DNA of 64,000 nucleotides from an uncultured virus (IMG/VR IMGVR_UViG_3300001486_000425). Its lineage: Duplodnaviria > Heunggongvirae > Uroviricota > Caudoviricetes. Made by a program: the position numbers and the translations under genes. The stretch lies in the IMG/VR virus record IMGVR_UViG_3300001486_000425. One strand, given 5' to 3'. Under the pieces are notes generated by a model, which was not told where the DNA came from, did no database searches, and saw only the letters and a list, made by a program, of their open reading frames with translations. This document shows, in pieces, positions 1 through 9,800 of this stretch (position 1 is the first letter of the stretch; the number at the start of each line of letters is the position of its first letter).

Positions 1-281
1 AATTAGACCATTCAGATACTCAGAAAAACCTCCTTACCAGGAGAAAATGAGACGAGCCGATACAACTTTTAAAATCCCATAGAAAAACTCCCATACTATG
101 AGAATCAGTGATTGACACTATCCGACTTATTATAGGGATAGAAAAACTTCCTAAAAAAGGAAACATTTTGCTGAGTTAAAATATGAAACTCCGGCAAAGA
201 AAAACTTCCATCTATATGGAAACTATCCTCTGAGAATGTCGAAGATAATATCCGACATTGAAAAACCTATATCAAATTGCT
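1..281 (-). CRISPR. Type I-E-like CRISPR array with divergent repeats (5 repeat units, continues off the window edge)
   Basis: Repeats start on + at 22, 81, 140, 198, 259 (period 58-61 nt). On the minus strand four read stem-loop + GTTTTTCT (e.g. GTTTCCATATAGATGGAAGTTTTTCT); the fifth ends GTTTTTCA and overlaps the cas6 stop. Spacers are 31-34 nt. Directly downstream of cas6e. Confidence 0.88.
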
Positions 282-856
282 TTTAAAAGTAATAAACCTA
301 ATCCATAATTCTTAAACCTTCCAACACCATTTTCAATCATTTCTTGCGCTTGTTCAATATTATTAATTTGAATTTTACCTCTAAATGTAGAAGTAGGAAT
401 ATTTTTTACTTTATCTTTGTCAAATATAATATCTGTTTGTCTATATTCTGTACATTCCAATAAATCAATATTATATTTATTGAATTGACGTTGTAACCAT
501 AAATAACGGTCATTAATATCTTTTAAGAAATATCTCTTATCATCATGGGTTTTACATGGGAAGACCTGGAGATCAAATTGATATATTCCTGTATTTGTAA
601 TATCATTTTCAAATTCTTTAACTAATTCAAATCCATATTTTTCAATATTTGTTAAATTAAATTTATCTTTTGATTGAATATACATATAGATTTCATCATT
701 TCTAGAAATAATCTTATAAAGAATTTTACCTTCAGCTCTATGTGTATCTTGTTGTTCAGTTAACCATTTATGAACTGAATTAGAACTATTAATGTCTAAT
801 AGATCTGTGGCAGATAAAATAGATGGTCTAGTCATCTTAAGCACAGTCATGTACAT
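272..856 (-). CDS. cas6e: Cas6e (Cse3) crRNA-processing endoribonuclease
   Basis: C-terminal glycine-rich loop GVGRFKNYGLGLLLL; N-terminal MYMTVLK...VHKWL...YIQS pattern; last gene of the operon. Confidence 0.9.
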   Translation of the reverse strand: MYMTVLKMTRPSILSATDLLDINSSNSVHKWLTEQQDTHRAEGKILYKIISRNDEIYMYIQSKDKFNLTNIEKYGFELVKEFENDITNTGIYQFDLQVFPCKTHDDKRYFLKDINDRYLWLQRQFNKYNIDLLECTEYRQTDIIFDKDKVKNIPTSTFRGKIQINNIEQAQEMIENGVGRFKNYGLGLLLLKAI

Positions 857-1382
857 TCTTAAGTTCCTCCTTCTTAATTAACTTAAATTCTGTTACTATA
901 GGTTTATTAGGTACGCAACTTCTCTTTCCAATAAATAATGAATAAACTGGATTTTGAATTGCATCATATAATTCTTTTAATAGCTCATCAGAACCACCTA
1001 TAAAAATTTCATATTCTGCATCTTGTAAAAATTGAACTTTTTTACATAAAGAACCATCTCTATATTTACCTTCAACAGTTTGAAATGTATTTCGTTTATT
1101 AAATTTATTCATATAATTCTTTTGACTTTTAAGAGGTCTTATTGTTTGAAAATCATTTAAAATAATTGGTTCTTCAATAATAGAATACTTAACGTCAATA
1201 TTATTAAAAAGTTCTTTACTTCTAACATCATTTCTTTCATATCCTAAAGCAGAAGCTAACATACCAACTATAGCTTTTTTTGTTGGATATAATGAAGTAT
1301 TATAAGTTGTTCTTAAAGCAATAGAATCTGAGTCAGAAAAATATTGTAAGACTCCAGATAATGTTAACTTTAAATAATTCAT
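837..1382 (-). CDS. cas5e: Cas5e Cascade subunit (181 aa, no HNH fusion)
   Basis: LKLTLSGVLQYF...PTKKAIVGMLASALGYER and LFIGKRSCVP match Cas5e motifs. Confidence 0.93.
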   Translation of the reverse strand: MNYLKLTLSGVLQYFSDSDSIALRTTYNTSLYPTKKAIVGMLASALGYERNDVRSKELFNNIDVKYSIIEEPIILNDFQTIRPLKSQKNYMNKFNKRNTFQTVEGKYRDGSLCKKVQFLQDAEYEIFIGGSDELLKELYDAIQNPVYSLFIGKRSCVPNKPIVTEFKLIKKEELKNVHDCA

Positions 1383-1394
1383 TTATTATACCTC

Positions 1395-2624
1395 TTAGAT
1401 TAATGCAGAAACTGCCTTCTTTAATACCGTTTCAAGTTCATCAAGACTTGTAATCTGCTTAGCATCCTTAAATAATTTTGCAGCATCCTCAAAATCACTA
1501 CCAAACATTACAAATTGCTGAATCTTACCAGATCTAAATGTCTTATTATTTGCAAACTTACTAAGCTTTTCTACAGCTTGCTCTGAAATTGTTTTTTCAT
1601 TTGTTGCAGTAATTACCTTACTCCAATCAGGTTGTAAGTTAGAACCATCTTCAATAAGTTCAATAAGAATTGCAGTAGGCTCAACACAAGAAGCAGATCT
1701 ATTCTGAGTTGCTTCAGGTACCATTGCAATCATTGATTTAGTAAAATCAATAACAGAATTTACAAGAGTTTCTTTTGTATCTTTATTAGGCGAATATATT
1801 CTAGGATATACAAAAGTATTAAGATTTCTCTCAAATTCCTTAAGGTTAATATTTGCGTAAGAGTACATCAAATTAGAATATAATGAAAGACCTTGGTTAA
1901 TTGTTTCACCATTAGATTTTGCACTTTCTGTATTATTAAAATTATCATACGCACCAAAGAATGGATCTGAAGAATCAGCACCAGATCTACCTACAAATTT
2001 AACTGTAAAGAAGTCAGATTCAGGAAGATATGCATCTACTGAATAAGCTTGGCCCATCTGTAAAGCACCATCAACTGTACCAAGTACACCATCAGTTGCC
2101 ATTGTACCAAACAAAGACTTTGCAACTGAAAGATTTACATCATTAAGAGCAGCAGTCTTAGCAACCTTTTCAATATTTGTTTTATCAAGTTTCTTTACAC
2201 CATTTTCTTTTACAAAGTCAATAAAAGCAGCAATAAGAGCATCAATTTCTGCAGCATTTGTAGTAACTACAACTCGATTGATTTTCTTATCATAACGTCC
2301 CATAATAGTTTCCCATTGATTAGGATCTACACCAATAACTTCCTTAGAACAAATTGCCTTACCAATTGCATCTTTTTCGTCTGCAGTAATAGTCTTATCT
2401 GCAACCTTAACATCAAGACAATCTGAAATAAGCTTTTCAATCTGAGTTGTTCTAATCTCATCACAAGCCATCAATTCTCTAATTGCTCTCTTTTGACACT
2501 GTGATGAAAATCTAACTCTATTTACTCCACCAACTGTAATCTGCTTTGCTTCTCCATCTTCACCTCTATTAAAGGTACCAGGATTATAATGCTTAAGTAA
2601 ATGTACTGCTATAAAATTTCCCAT
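1395..2624 (-). CDS. cas7e: Cas7e (Cse4) Cascade backbone
   Basis: FNRGEDGEAKQITVGGVNRVRFSSQCQKRAIR, SLFGTM, VDGALQMGQAYSV, ESDFFTV. Confidence 0.95.
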   Translation of the reverse strand: MGNFIAVHLLKHYNPGTFNRGEDGEAKQITVGGVNRVRFSSQCQKRAIRELMACDEIRTTQIEKLISDCLDVKVADKTITADEKDAIGKAICSKEVIGVDPNQWETIMGRYDKKINRVVVTTNAAEIDALIAAFIDFVKENGVKKLDKTNIEKVAKTAALNDVNLSVAKSLFGTMATDGVLGTVDGALQMGQAYSVDAYLPESDFFTVKFVGRSGADSSDPFFGAYDNFNNTESAKSNGETINQGLSLYSNLMYSYANINLKEFERNLNTFVYPRIYSPNKDTKETLVNSVIDFTKSMIAMVPEATQNRSASCVEPTAILIELIEDGSNLQPDWSKVITATNEKTISEQAVEKLSKFANNKTFRSGKIQQFVMFGSDFEDAAKLFKDAKQITSLDELETVLKKAVSALI

Positions 2625-2644
2625 AATATTTTAATTTCCTTTCT

Positions 2645-3151
2645 TTACTCCTCAGTTTCAAAATCTGCTCTAGCAATTGCCATTGCCCATTTCATTTTTA
2701 CACTATTATTAGCATTCCAATATTTTAAATCTTTATATAACTTAATATAATCAAATTGTTCAAATGGTTGTAAGCAAGATATTGCTTTTCGTGCTAAAGT
2801 ATAAAATCTTTTTGCAAAATAACCATCATTATCATATCTAAGTTTCAAAAACTTTTCAATTTCTTCAGGTCTATGAACTCTTGCTAATACATCTTCAAAT
2901 CTAACATAAGTTGGTCTTTCTTGCCCAGGTCTAATAGAATTATAACAAAGACCAGCAATTAAAAATTCAATATTTTGATCAATTGGATTTTTATTTTGTG
3001 ATAACTTAGTATATGCAATTAATGCATCCATATCACAAGTTTGTAATGTTTGACCAAATGATCTTTTAATTGGATAATAACTTGATGAATTTGCATAACC
3101 AAGCATATTTGAGAAAAACTTTGTATCAAGATTCTCTGCCATTATTATCAT
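2645..3151 (-). CDS. cas11: Cas11 (Cse2) small subunit; true start probably MAENL at 3142
   Basis: Position between cas8e and cas7e; DYIKLYKDLKYWN...VKMKWA C-terminal pattern. Confidence 0.8.
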   Translation of the reverse strand: MIIMAENLDTKFFSNMLGYANSSSYYPIKRSFGQTLQTCDMDALIAYTKLSQNKNPIDQNIEFLIAGLCYNSIRPGQERPTYVRFEDVLARVHRPEEIEKFLKLRYDNDGYFAKRFYTLARKAISCLQPFEQFDYIKLYKDLKYWNANNSVKMKWAMAIARADFETEE

Positions 3152-4673
3152 TTCCTTCCTTTAATTTATTTAAACTTCCGCAAAATTTTCTATACGCTTC
3201 AGCATATTTAAGTGGATTATTTGTTACTGCTTCTAACTTTTTAACTACTTTCTTTGCATCATCTATAAATAATTTTGTTACTTCATCTATATAACCTTTT
3301 TTATTTATGTTTTCAATAAATGTTGTAAAGAAATAATTCTCAGCATTCTTTGCAAACAATAATTTTATATCTTCAAGACTTGATTTATTTATTCCAGAAT
3401 CATTAAAGATTGCAAATTTAGATTGTATTTTATTAAACATATTTTGGAATTCAACTGCAATTTCATGATTCTTTTCTTTTTGAAGTTTATTAAGAATGCC
3501 TTTCTCTACATTATACTTACCAAAAGATAATACATTAGATTTCATTCCATCATATTGTCTATAATAAATTATTGACTTTACATTATCATTTGCTTGAAAA
3601 TCACTTGAGAATAAATTACATATAAAACCTTCATTATTCTTTTGTGTAATTTCAATACAAAGATTTATAAGTTTTAATGTATTATTCCACTCTTTATAAC
3701 TCCAAGTACCAACTTCTGTTTTCTTATCTATAACATATTTCTTTATTGCCCAAGGATTTGTATATGCATAACTACTACTTATACTATTTCTTGTTTCTGC
3801 ATCAAATATATCATAATTCGTTTTTCCAGCACTAATAGATTTAGCAAGTAAAATATTTTTTACTTCCTTATCATACTGTATATAAATTGGATATGGAAAA
3901 TAAGTACACAGAAGAACATTTTTATAAATGTCACCTGTATCATAATCTAATAATTCATCAAAATTATTAAATTCCCAAATAGGTTTATCATAAATTGTAC
4001 CTTGTTCACTATCTCTTAAAGGTAAGCAATTTGCAATAATAGTTTCTTTAAGATTTTTACCATAATTTAATATAAACAATGTTGCATTTGCACTCATTGC
4101 TTTATATGGATATTGTGCTGCCATTGGAGATGTTCCAAGTGTTCTAAGGTACAACAAAATATATACTAATTCATCTGCTTCAGGCTTAAAATCAACTAAA
4201 TCTGTTTTTGAAGCTGAATTATGTTCAAATATAAGATTATTTCCGCCTGGAGCTAAAAGACTTGATTTTGAAATAAAACTTAAATCTTCTTTACTATCTT
4301 CTTTAATTTCATTCTTTAATCTAATATCTTGTAAAAATGGATATTTGTTGTCAAAAAGATTAAATCTCTTTTCCCATTTATCAAAATAATCATTAATAAC
4401 TTTAAGATCCCAACCTTTTTCAGTTAATTCTTTATTAAAATATTTATCTGCAGCCTTAAACTTATTCTTAGGCTTAAAATATGCAGACAATAAAAGAATA
4501 CAAAGAAACTGAATAACTGGTACATCATATAAACTTACAGTTGTACCATGAAATGTAGGTGTTTCAATATTCTTAATTTTTTCAGCGTCTTGAAATGCCT
4601 GTCTAACAGATATTTGCCTTACTTTTCCAGTATTATATTTAACAAATAACCAATCGTCATTTAATATATTCAT
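3126..4673 (-). CDS. cas8e: Cas8e (Cse1) large subunit
   Basis: MNILNDDWLFVK...ISVRQAF N-terminus; YFDKWEKRFNLFDNKYPFLQ motif. Confidence 0.92.
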   Translation of the reverse strand: MNILNDDWLFVKYNTGKVRQISVRQAFQDAEKIKNIETPTFHGTTVSLYDVPVIQFLCILLLSAYFKPKNKFKAADKYFNKELTEKGWDLKVINDYFDKWEKRFNLFDNKYPFLQDIRLKNEIKEDSKEDLSFISKSSLLAPGGNNLIFEHNSASKTDLVDFKPEADELVYILLYLRTLGTSPMAAQYPYKAMSANATLFILNYGKNLKETIIANCLPLRDSEQGTIYDKPIWEFNNFDELLDYDTGDIYKNVLLCTYFPYPIYIQYDKEVKNILLAKSISAGKTNYDIFDAETRNSISSSYAYTNPWAIKKYVIDKKTEVGTWSYKEWNNTLKLINLCIEITQKNNEGFICNLFSSDFQANDNVKSIIYYRQYDGMKSNVLSFGKYNVEKGILNKLQKEKNHEIAVEFQNMFNKIQSKFAIFNDSGINKSSLEDIKLLFAKNAENYFFTTFIENINKKGYIDEVTKLFIDDAKKVVKKLEAVTNNPLKYAEAYRKFCGSLNKLKEGNDNNGRES

Positions 4674-4701
4674 TAACTAATATTCTTTCCTTTCTTAAAA
4701 T

Positions 4702-4737
4702 AGTATAAATAAATAGGTTTTTATAAAATCCCATGTT
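4702..4737 (-). promoter_or_regulatory. Putative cas operon promoter (CTATTTATT-TATACT, 4716-4702) with a partial protospacer (4734-4721) and AAC PAM (4737-4735)
   Basis: Same motif as other intergenic promoters; 13/14 match to the 5' end of spacer 80-49. Confidence 0.7.
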
Positions 4738-4764
4738 TATAATACTAATAATAAGAAAAAATTT

Positions 4765-5424
4765 TTATTTATTCAAAGCAGGAGCTGAAGAAATTTCATT
4801 TGTATAAGCAGGAACTTTAAGAATTACATTTTTATCACTTATACTAATTGTATAATTCATATCATTTTTTGTAATAACAACATCTCTTTGCTTTTCATCA
4901 GAATCATAAGAGTTTGAAATTACAGAAAATCCAAGCTTCTGATACCTATTAAGCGCAGTTGAGAATAATTCCTTTGCATTACTTTCTTCATCAAATTTAA
5001 TAGATACTGTAGCGGTTGTCTTTGTTGAATAACTCATCTTACTTTCTTCAGAACCTAATGCAATATATACATCAACATATTCAATATACTGCTTACTATC
5101 TTTTATTTCAAATTCCCAATAAAAATCAGTTGTACTAATATCACTTATTTCTTCAGGCTGACAAACAAATCTATTCATATAATCTTGTCTAGACATATCA
5201 TTAGGAAAATATCCAGTCTTCCAAATATTATCAAATACCTGATTTGCAGATAATCCTTCAAGATTGATATATGTAGAATATTTTGTAATAGGTTTTGATG
5301 TTGTAGTTACAATTGCAGAAGTATTATCTGAAGTTACAGTTGTAGACTCATTTGTAGACTGCTTGCAACTTGTTAAAAATAACATAGTACTTGCTAAAAG
5401 TACTGCAATTATCTTATTTTTCAT
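4765..5424 (-). CDS. Putative lipoprotein
   Basis: Basic/hydrophobic signal peptide, lipobox LTSC, Ser/Thr-rich linker. Confidence 0.75.
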   Translation of the reverse strand: MKNKIIAVLLASTMLFLTSCKQSTNESTTVTSDNTSAIVTTTSKPITKYSTYINLEGLSANQVFDNIWKTGYFPNDMSRQDYMNRFVCQPEEISDISTTDFYWEFEIKDSKQYIEYVDVYIALGSEESKMSYSTKTTATVSIKFDEESNAKELFSTALNRYQKLGFSVISNSYDSDEKQRDVVITKNDMNYTISISDKNVILKVPAYTNEISSAPALNK

Positions 5425-5460
5425 ATTTTATTACCCTTTCGTATTTATAAAATATATTAT

Positions 5461-5489
5461 ATTTTATATAGAAAAGGTTTATTTGTAAA
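5461..5489 (-). promoter_or_regulatory. Sigma70/SigA-type promoter
   Basis: TTTACA-17 nt-TAAAAT upstream of the lipoprotein gene. Confidence 0.7.
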
Positions 5490-5499
5490 CTAAAAATAA

Positions 5500-5531
5500 A
5501 AATACCTAACCCTTTTTAGAGTTAGGTATTT
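5500..5531 (-). terminator. Intrinsic terminator
   Basis: AAATACCTAAC/GTTAGGTATTT inverted repeat followed by a T tract on the minus strand. Confidence 0.75.
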
Positions 5532-5573
5532 AAATTAAAATTGATAGACTTTATCTATCGGTTGTAAGCAAGA

Positions 5574-5879
5574 TTAGCTCTTCTTTGCAGTAGAAGCTTT
5601 CTGAATCGGCTTCTTAACTGAAGACTTCTTAGCAGCTTCCTTAGCTGGAACCTTCTTAACAGCCTCTGCCTTCTCAAGCTCCTTAACCTTAGCGAGTGCA
5701 GCCTTCTCAACAGCCTTAGTCTTCTTCAACTTATCTGTTGCCTTTGCAAGATCTGCCTTTGCCTTTGCGATTGCCTTGTCTGCAGCCTTTACGTCTGCTG
5801 ATGCCTTCTTAGCTGCAATCTTTGCCTTTGCAAGAGGCGAAATCTTCTTTACTGCCTTCTTTTCAGTATTCTCTGCCAT
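5574..5879 (-). CDS. Lys/Ala-rich histone H1-like basic protein
   Basis: KKAVKK/AKAK/EAAKK composition; RBS GAAAGGA before ATG at 5879. Confidence 0.65.
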   Translation of the reverse strand: MAENTEKKAVKKISPLAKAKIAAKKASADVKAADKAIAKAKADLAKATDKLKKTKAVEKAALAKVKELEKAEAVKKVPAKEAAKKSSVKKPIQKASTAKKS

Positions 5880-5924
5880 AGTTTTCAAATTCCTTTCTAT
5901 TTTCCGAACCATTTCTGGTTCTGT

Positions 5925-5939
5925 AATATAATTAAATAG
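5925..5939 (-). promoter_or_regulatory. Element-specific promoter motif (CTATTTAAT-TATATT)
   Basis: Recurrent intergenic motif ending in a -10-like hexamer. Confidence 0.65.
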
Positions 5940-5956
5940 CCTTTTAAAATTTAATA

Positions 5957-5987
5957 AAAAATAGGATCTAAAATAGACCCTATTTTT
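5957..5987. terminator. Intrinsic terminator (possibly bidirectional)
   Basis: AAAAATAGGATCTA-aaa-TAGACCCTATTTTT. Confidence 0.7.
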
Positions 5988-6000
5988 GGTTTTTTTAATT

Positions 6001-6029
6001 ATTATATCACTTTGATTTTTAATTGTAAA
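6001..6029 (-). promoter_or_regulatory. Sigma70/SigA-type promoter
   Basis: TTTACA-17 nt-TATAAT. Confidence 0.7.
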
Positions 6030-6037
6030 TAAGTTTT

Positions 6038-6532
6038 TTATTCGTCAGTTAAAATATATTTAGTTGCAAATCTTAATAGCATTCGTCTTAATCTTTGTGC
6101 GTCTGTTAGCCACCAACTTTTATAATAATAATTATTATATTTTGCACTTTTTTCACTTGCTAAAATTTGTTTTAATTCATATGAAAAATCAACATTCATT
6201 AAAATTCCTAGCATATCTAAAAATTCTTTTTGTAATTCTGGAATTTTTAATGCTTCTAAAAGTGTAGCATTATATACAGATGTATGTTCTTCTTCATATT
6301 CTTCTCCATAATATTCAAGAAGACCCTTTAACATAATTTCAATACCCATAGCTATTTCAACTAAACCAGTTCTAATATCACTTTGATCTGTTTTCTTATT
6401 ATCAAAAAATCTATCTATAAATATTTCACTTATTTCTAAATGATTTTTTGCTTGTTTAACTGAAGCTCTTCCTTCTTGAATACGTTGTGAATCTGTATAT
6501 CTTGAATAATTTTTAAATCTCCTTGGCCTCAT
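6038..6532 (-). CDS. HEPN-domain protein
   Basis: AKNHLEISE...AMGIEIMLKGLLEYYGEEYEEEHT resembles the HEPN A.EK.LKA.L...G....THDL pattern. Confidence 0.6.
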   Translation of the reverse strand: MRPRRFKNYSRYTDSQRIQEGRASVKQAKNHLEISEIFIDRFFDNKKTDQSDIRTGLVEIAMGIEIMLKGLLEYYGEEYEEEHTSVYNATLLEALKIPELQKEFLDMLGILMNVDFSYELKQILASEKSAKYNNYYYKSWWLTDAQRLRRMLLRFATKYILTDE

Positions 6533-6758
6533 AAATTATATCTCCATTTACATTTAACAATTCCGCATATCGTTCATCTGCAGCCATATAAAGATATACT
6601 GATTTATGATTTGTAATAAGTACATCATATAAATCTATATAAGTTGCCTGATAATGTGTATTAGGCTTTGTAAATACAAGCAATTCTGCTTTACCGTCAA
6701 TTTCACCTATCTTAACAACCTTAGTAATTTCTTTATATTTTTCAAAAATCTTATTCAT
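6513..6758 (-). CDS. Degenerate minimal nucleotidyltransferase (MNT)-like protein
   Basis: KYKEITKVVKIGE and terminal NGDIIYE resemble MNT; GS and DxD motifs absent; overlaps the HEPN gene. Confidence 0.5.
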   Translation of the reverse strand: MNKIFEKYKEITKVVKIGEIDGKAELLVFTKPNTHYQATYIDLYDVLITNHKSVYLYMAADERYAELLNVNGDIIYEAKEI

Positions 6759-6792
6759 TTTTATAAATTCCTTTCTTTAAATGAATAAATTT

Positions 6793-6821
6793 ATTATATT
6801 AAATTTTTTATGATTTGTAAA
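6793..6821 (-). promoter_or_regulatory. Sigma70/SigA-type promoter
   Basis: TTTACA-17 nt-TATAAT upstream of MNT-HEPN. Confidence 0.75.
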
Positions 6822-6837
6822 TAATAATTTAAATTTT

Positions 6838-9800
6838 TCAACCAATATATGTATTTATTTTCTTAATACTGTCAGGATTAATTGTTTTATAATTATCACA
6901 CATTGCAACTAAACCTTTAAGAAAAACTATAAAATCATTAGTTTGAATTGGTTTACCTTCTGACCACATTGTTTCAAGATAAAAATCATTATTTTCAAAA
7001 TCCATCTTAATACTAATTTGATCTAACCAACCATCAGATGAATCATGTACCCATAAAAAATTTACTCCATCATCTTTATAAGGTTTACCATAATTATCTT
7101 CTTTTGCCATTGTATAGAAAATATCTACAATATCCTCATAAAATCTTTTCATTTTAGACATAATTTTATCCTCACATATTGAATTCAATATACTCGTCAA
7201 TAATTTTTGCAATATCAGCTGAAGTAACTAAACGATTATAAGTACAGCCAGAACTTCCATCATGAGAAATATATACACTAAATTCGTTAGATCCATCTCG
7301 GTCAGATTTATAAATTTCAAATTCAATTTGAAGACCTTCTGCACCAGCTTTTAATTCTTTAATACCTTCAACATTTGATAACTTTTTCATAATTATTCTC
7401 CTTAATCTAATTCTATAATTCTATGATATACTTTCCTTATATTTTCTTTAAGAATATACTCTGTACCTACACCTTTTCTAAATAACTTCTTTAAAATATT
7501 TACTTCATTCTCAGAAAAATGTTCTGTTAAATAAAAAACAATATGTGCAGTTCCATATACATAAGTCTCTGTAATCTTTTCGTCTTCAAAATAAAGATCA
7601 ACTGATTTAATTTTTCTTAAAATGCTTGAATCAACATTTTCCAGATCAATAGAATCAGATGAAACTGTTTCATCATATCCACTACAATCTATCCCAAAAT
7701 GTTCTGCCATGTCTGCAGCTAAATCACAATTATCTGGCATTGAAAGATCATTATAAACTCTGCAATCTAATGAAAATTCATCTATTAATGTTGCCATAGT
7801 TAGTCTCCTTATTTATCTCAAATATCCAAATCTTGTGCAAATTTATCTATTTGCTTAAGATCATTGTCGCTAATTACATCTTCTCTAAGATCTATGTTCT
7901 CTTTTTGTAATAATTTTTTAAGATCTTCTACACCATCCCACTCAAAGCCATCAAGTAAAAGAGAATAAGCAATAAATTTATTACTAACAGAATTAGTTAC
8001 ATTTTTATCAATTAATTGTTGAATTTCTCCTTTAGAAAAACCTTTTTCACTAAGATCATCTCTAATAATTCTTTTAATTATTTTATTTTGTAACCACTCA
8101 TCAATATCTAAATTTTTATCTTTTACCCAACCTTCAGTAATTGCAACACTAACATAATCTTCAACATAATTCTCCCAAAGAATTTCCCAATCTAAAATTA
8201 ATGACATAATTATTCTCCTATTCTTTTATTTAAAGTGAGTTATTTCTTTCCAGCTTGTAATTTTAAAATATCTCTATTTAAAATCATAATTTTATGAATT
8301 TTTTCTCTATTAAGCTCTTCCCATTTTAAATGATTTCTCATATATTCATCTTCAGAATAATGTTCATTATAATATTTTCTTGCTTTTTCTCTAGCTTCTT
8401 TACATAAAAGACGTATTTCATCATCATTTAAAGTTACTAAAGTTAAATCATCAATTAATATTAAATCAAGTACCCATATTTCAATTTCTGTTAAATTTTT
8501 TTTTAATTGTGCTCGTTGATATATTAATTCTTCTAATTCCATAATTATTCTCCTTTATAAACCTAAAATTTCATCTAATTTTGTATAATCTTTACCTGCA
8601 AGACTATATCCATCTCTAAATGCATTAATATATAGTTCATCAGTTACATCTATTCCTGCATTAATACGAATTAAACAAAATAAATATTTAAGTTCAGGTA
8701 CGACATTCTTATATCTTGTATAAAATGCAGTTGCAGCGCCTAATAATTGAGATTGAGACATAGATGCATAAAAACCATCTGGACTTTCAGTATTTTCTAT
8801 TGCACCATAGCTAATAAGAATATCATCCATTTCAGGATCAAAATAATTTTTATATAAATATTCAATAAAATTTATTCTAATTTCTCTACTATTCATTATA
8901 GTACCTCAAAGATCATTTTCTACAATGTCTTCAGCACAAACTCTAATAGCTTCTGCATACTTTGCAATATCTCTTTCAGACATTTTATATAATTCAGTTA
9001 AAAACTCTTTTGCAGTCATTTTACTACCATAAATAATATTACCTGAATGTTCATGGCAAGCTGGACAACAACCATCTAAACATGTAATATCAATTACATC
9101 TCCCTCATAACCACAATCTGTACATTCCATCATTAATTTTAACATATATTAGTCTCCTTCATATACTGGATTTTTTATTATAATTGTGCATTCGTACCGA
9201 CATTTACCGTGATTTACTTCATGTGTTAAATCAAAATCTTTATAAATACATCCAAATGCTTGAAGTCTTTCTATTAAAGGGTTAATAAGAAAATTACAAA
9301 CAACTTCATCTTCATTTTCAAATAGTTGATTTTCTGTTTTATTAAAATATTCTTTTACTCTTACTGCAAGATCAGTACAAGCTTTTTCCCAGTTTTTATT
9401 AATAGATCTTATTGCAGGAGAGTCTTTGTCAATACGTTCAAATCCATATAAATTTATACGAAATATATAAGACCCATCTCTAAAAAATCCAGAAAGCTCT
9501 GTATTAGATGAATCTATCTCATAATATGCAAGCTTACCATTTTCATCTACATGCTTCTGCACTTTATAAATTGGAAAATCTACGTCTACTTTAATAGAAA
9601 AATAAGATGATTTTGTATAATTTTTAACATAATATTCTAATACTTCTTGCAACTGATAATCATCAAGTTTTTCAATTGAAGATTTTATTTTATCTTTATA
9701 TCTTTCTCTGTCTTCAAAAGTATATAAACTATTAAAAGCATCATCTAATTGTCTATTATAAATTGCTTGCATATTATATTGTTCTGCATCCAAAATATCA

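Noticed and set aside
223..258. Mini-ORF MSDIIFDILRG* as a CreT-like RNA toxin
   Set aside because: Weak RBS and no tandem rare codons after the start; better explained as a spacer
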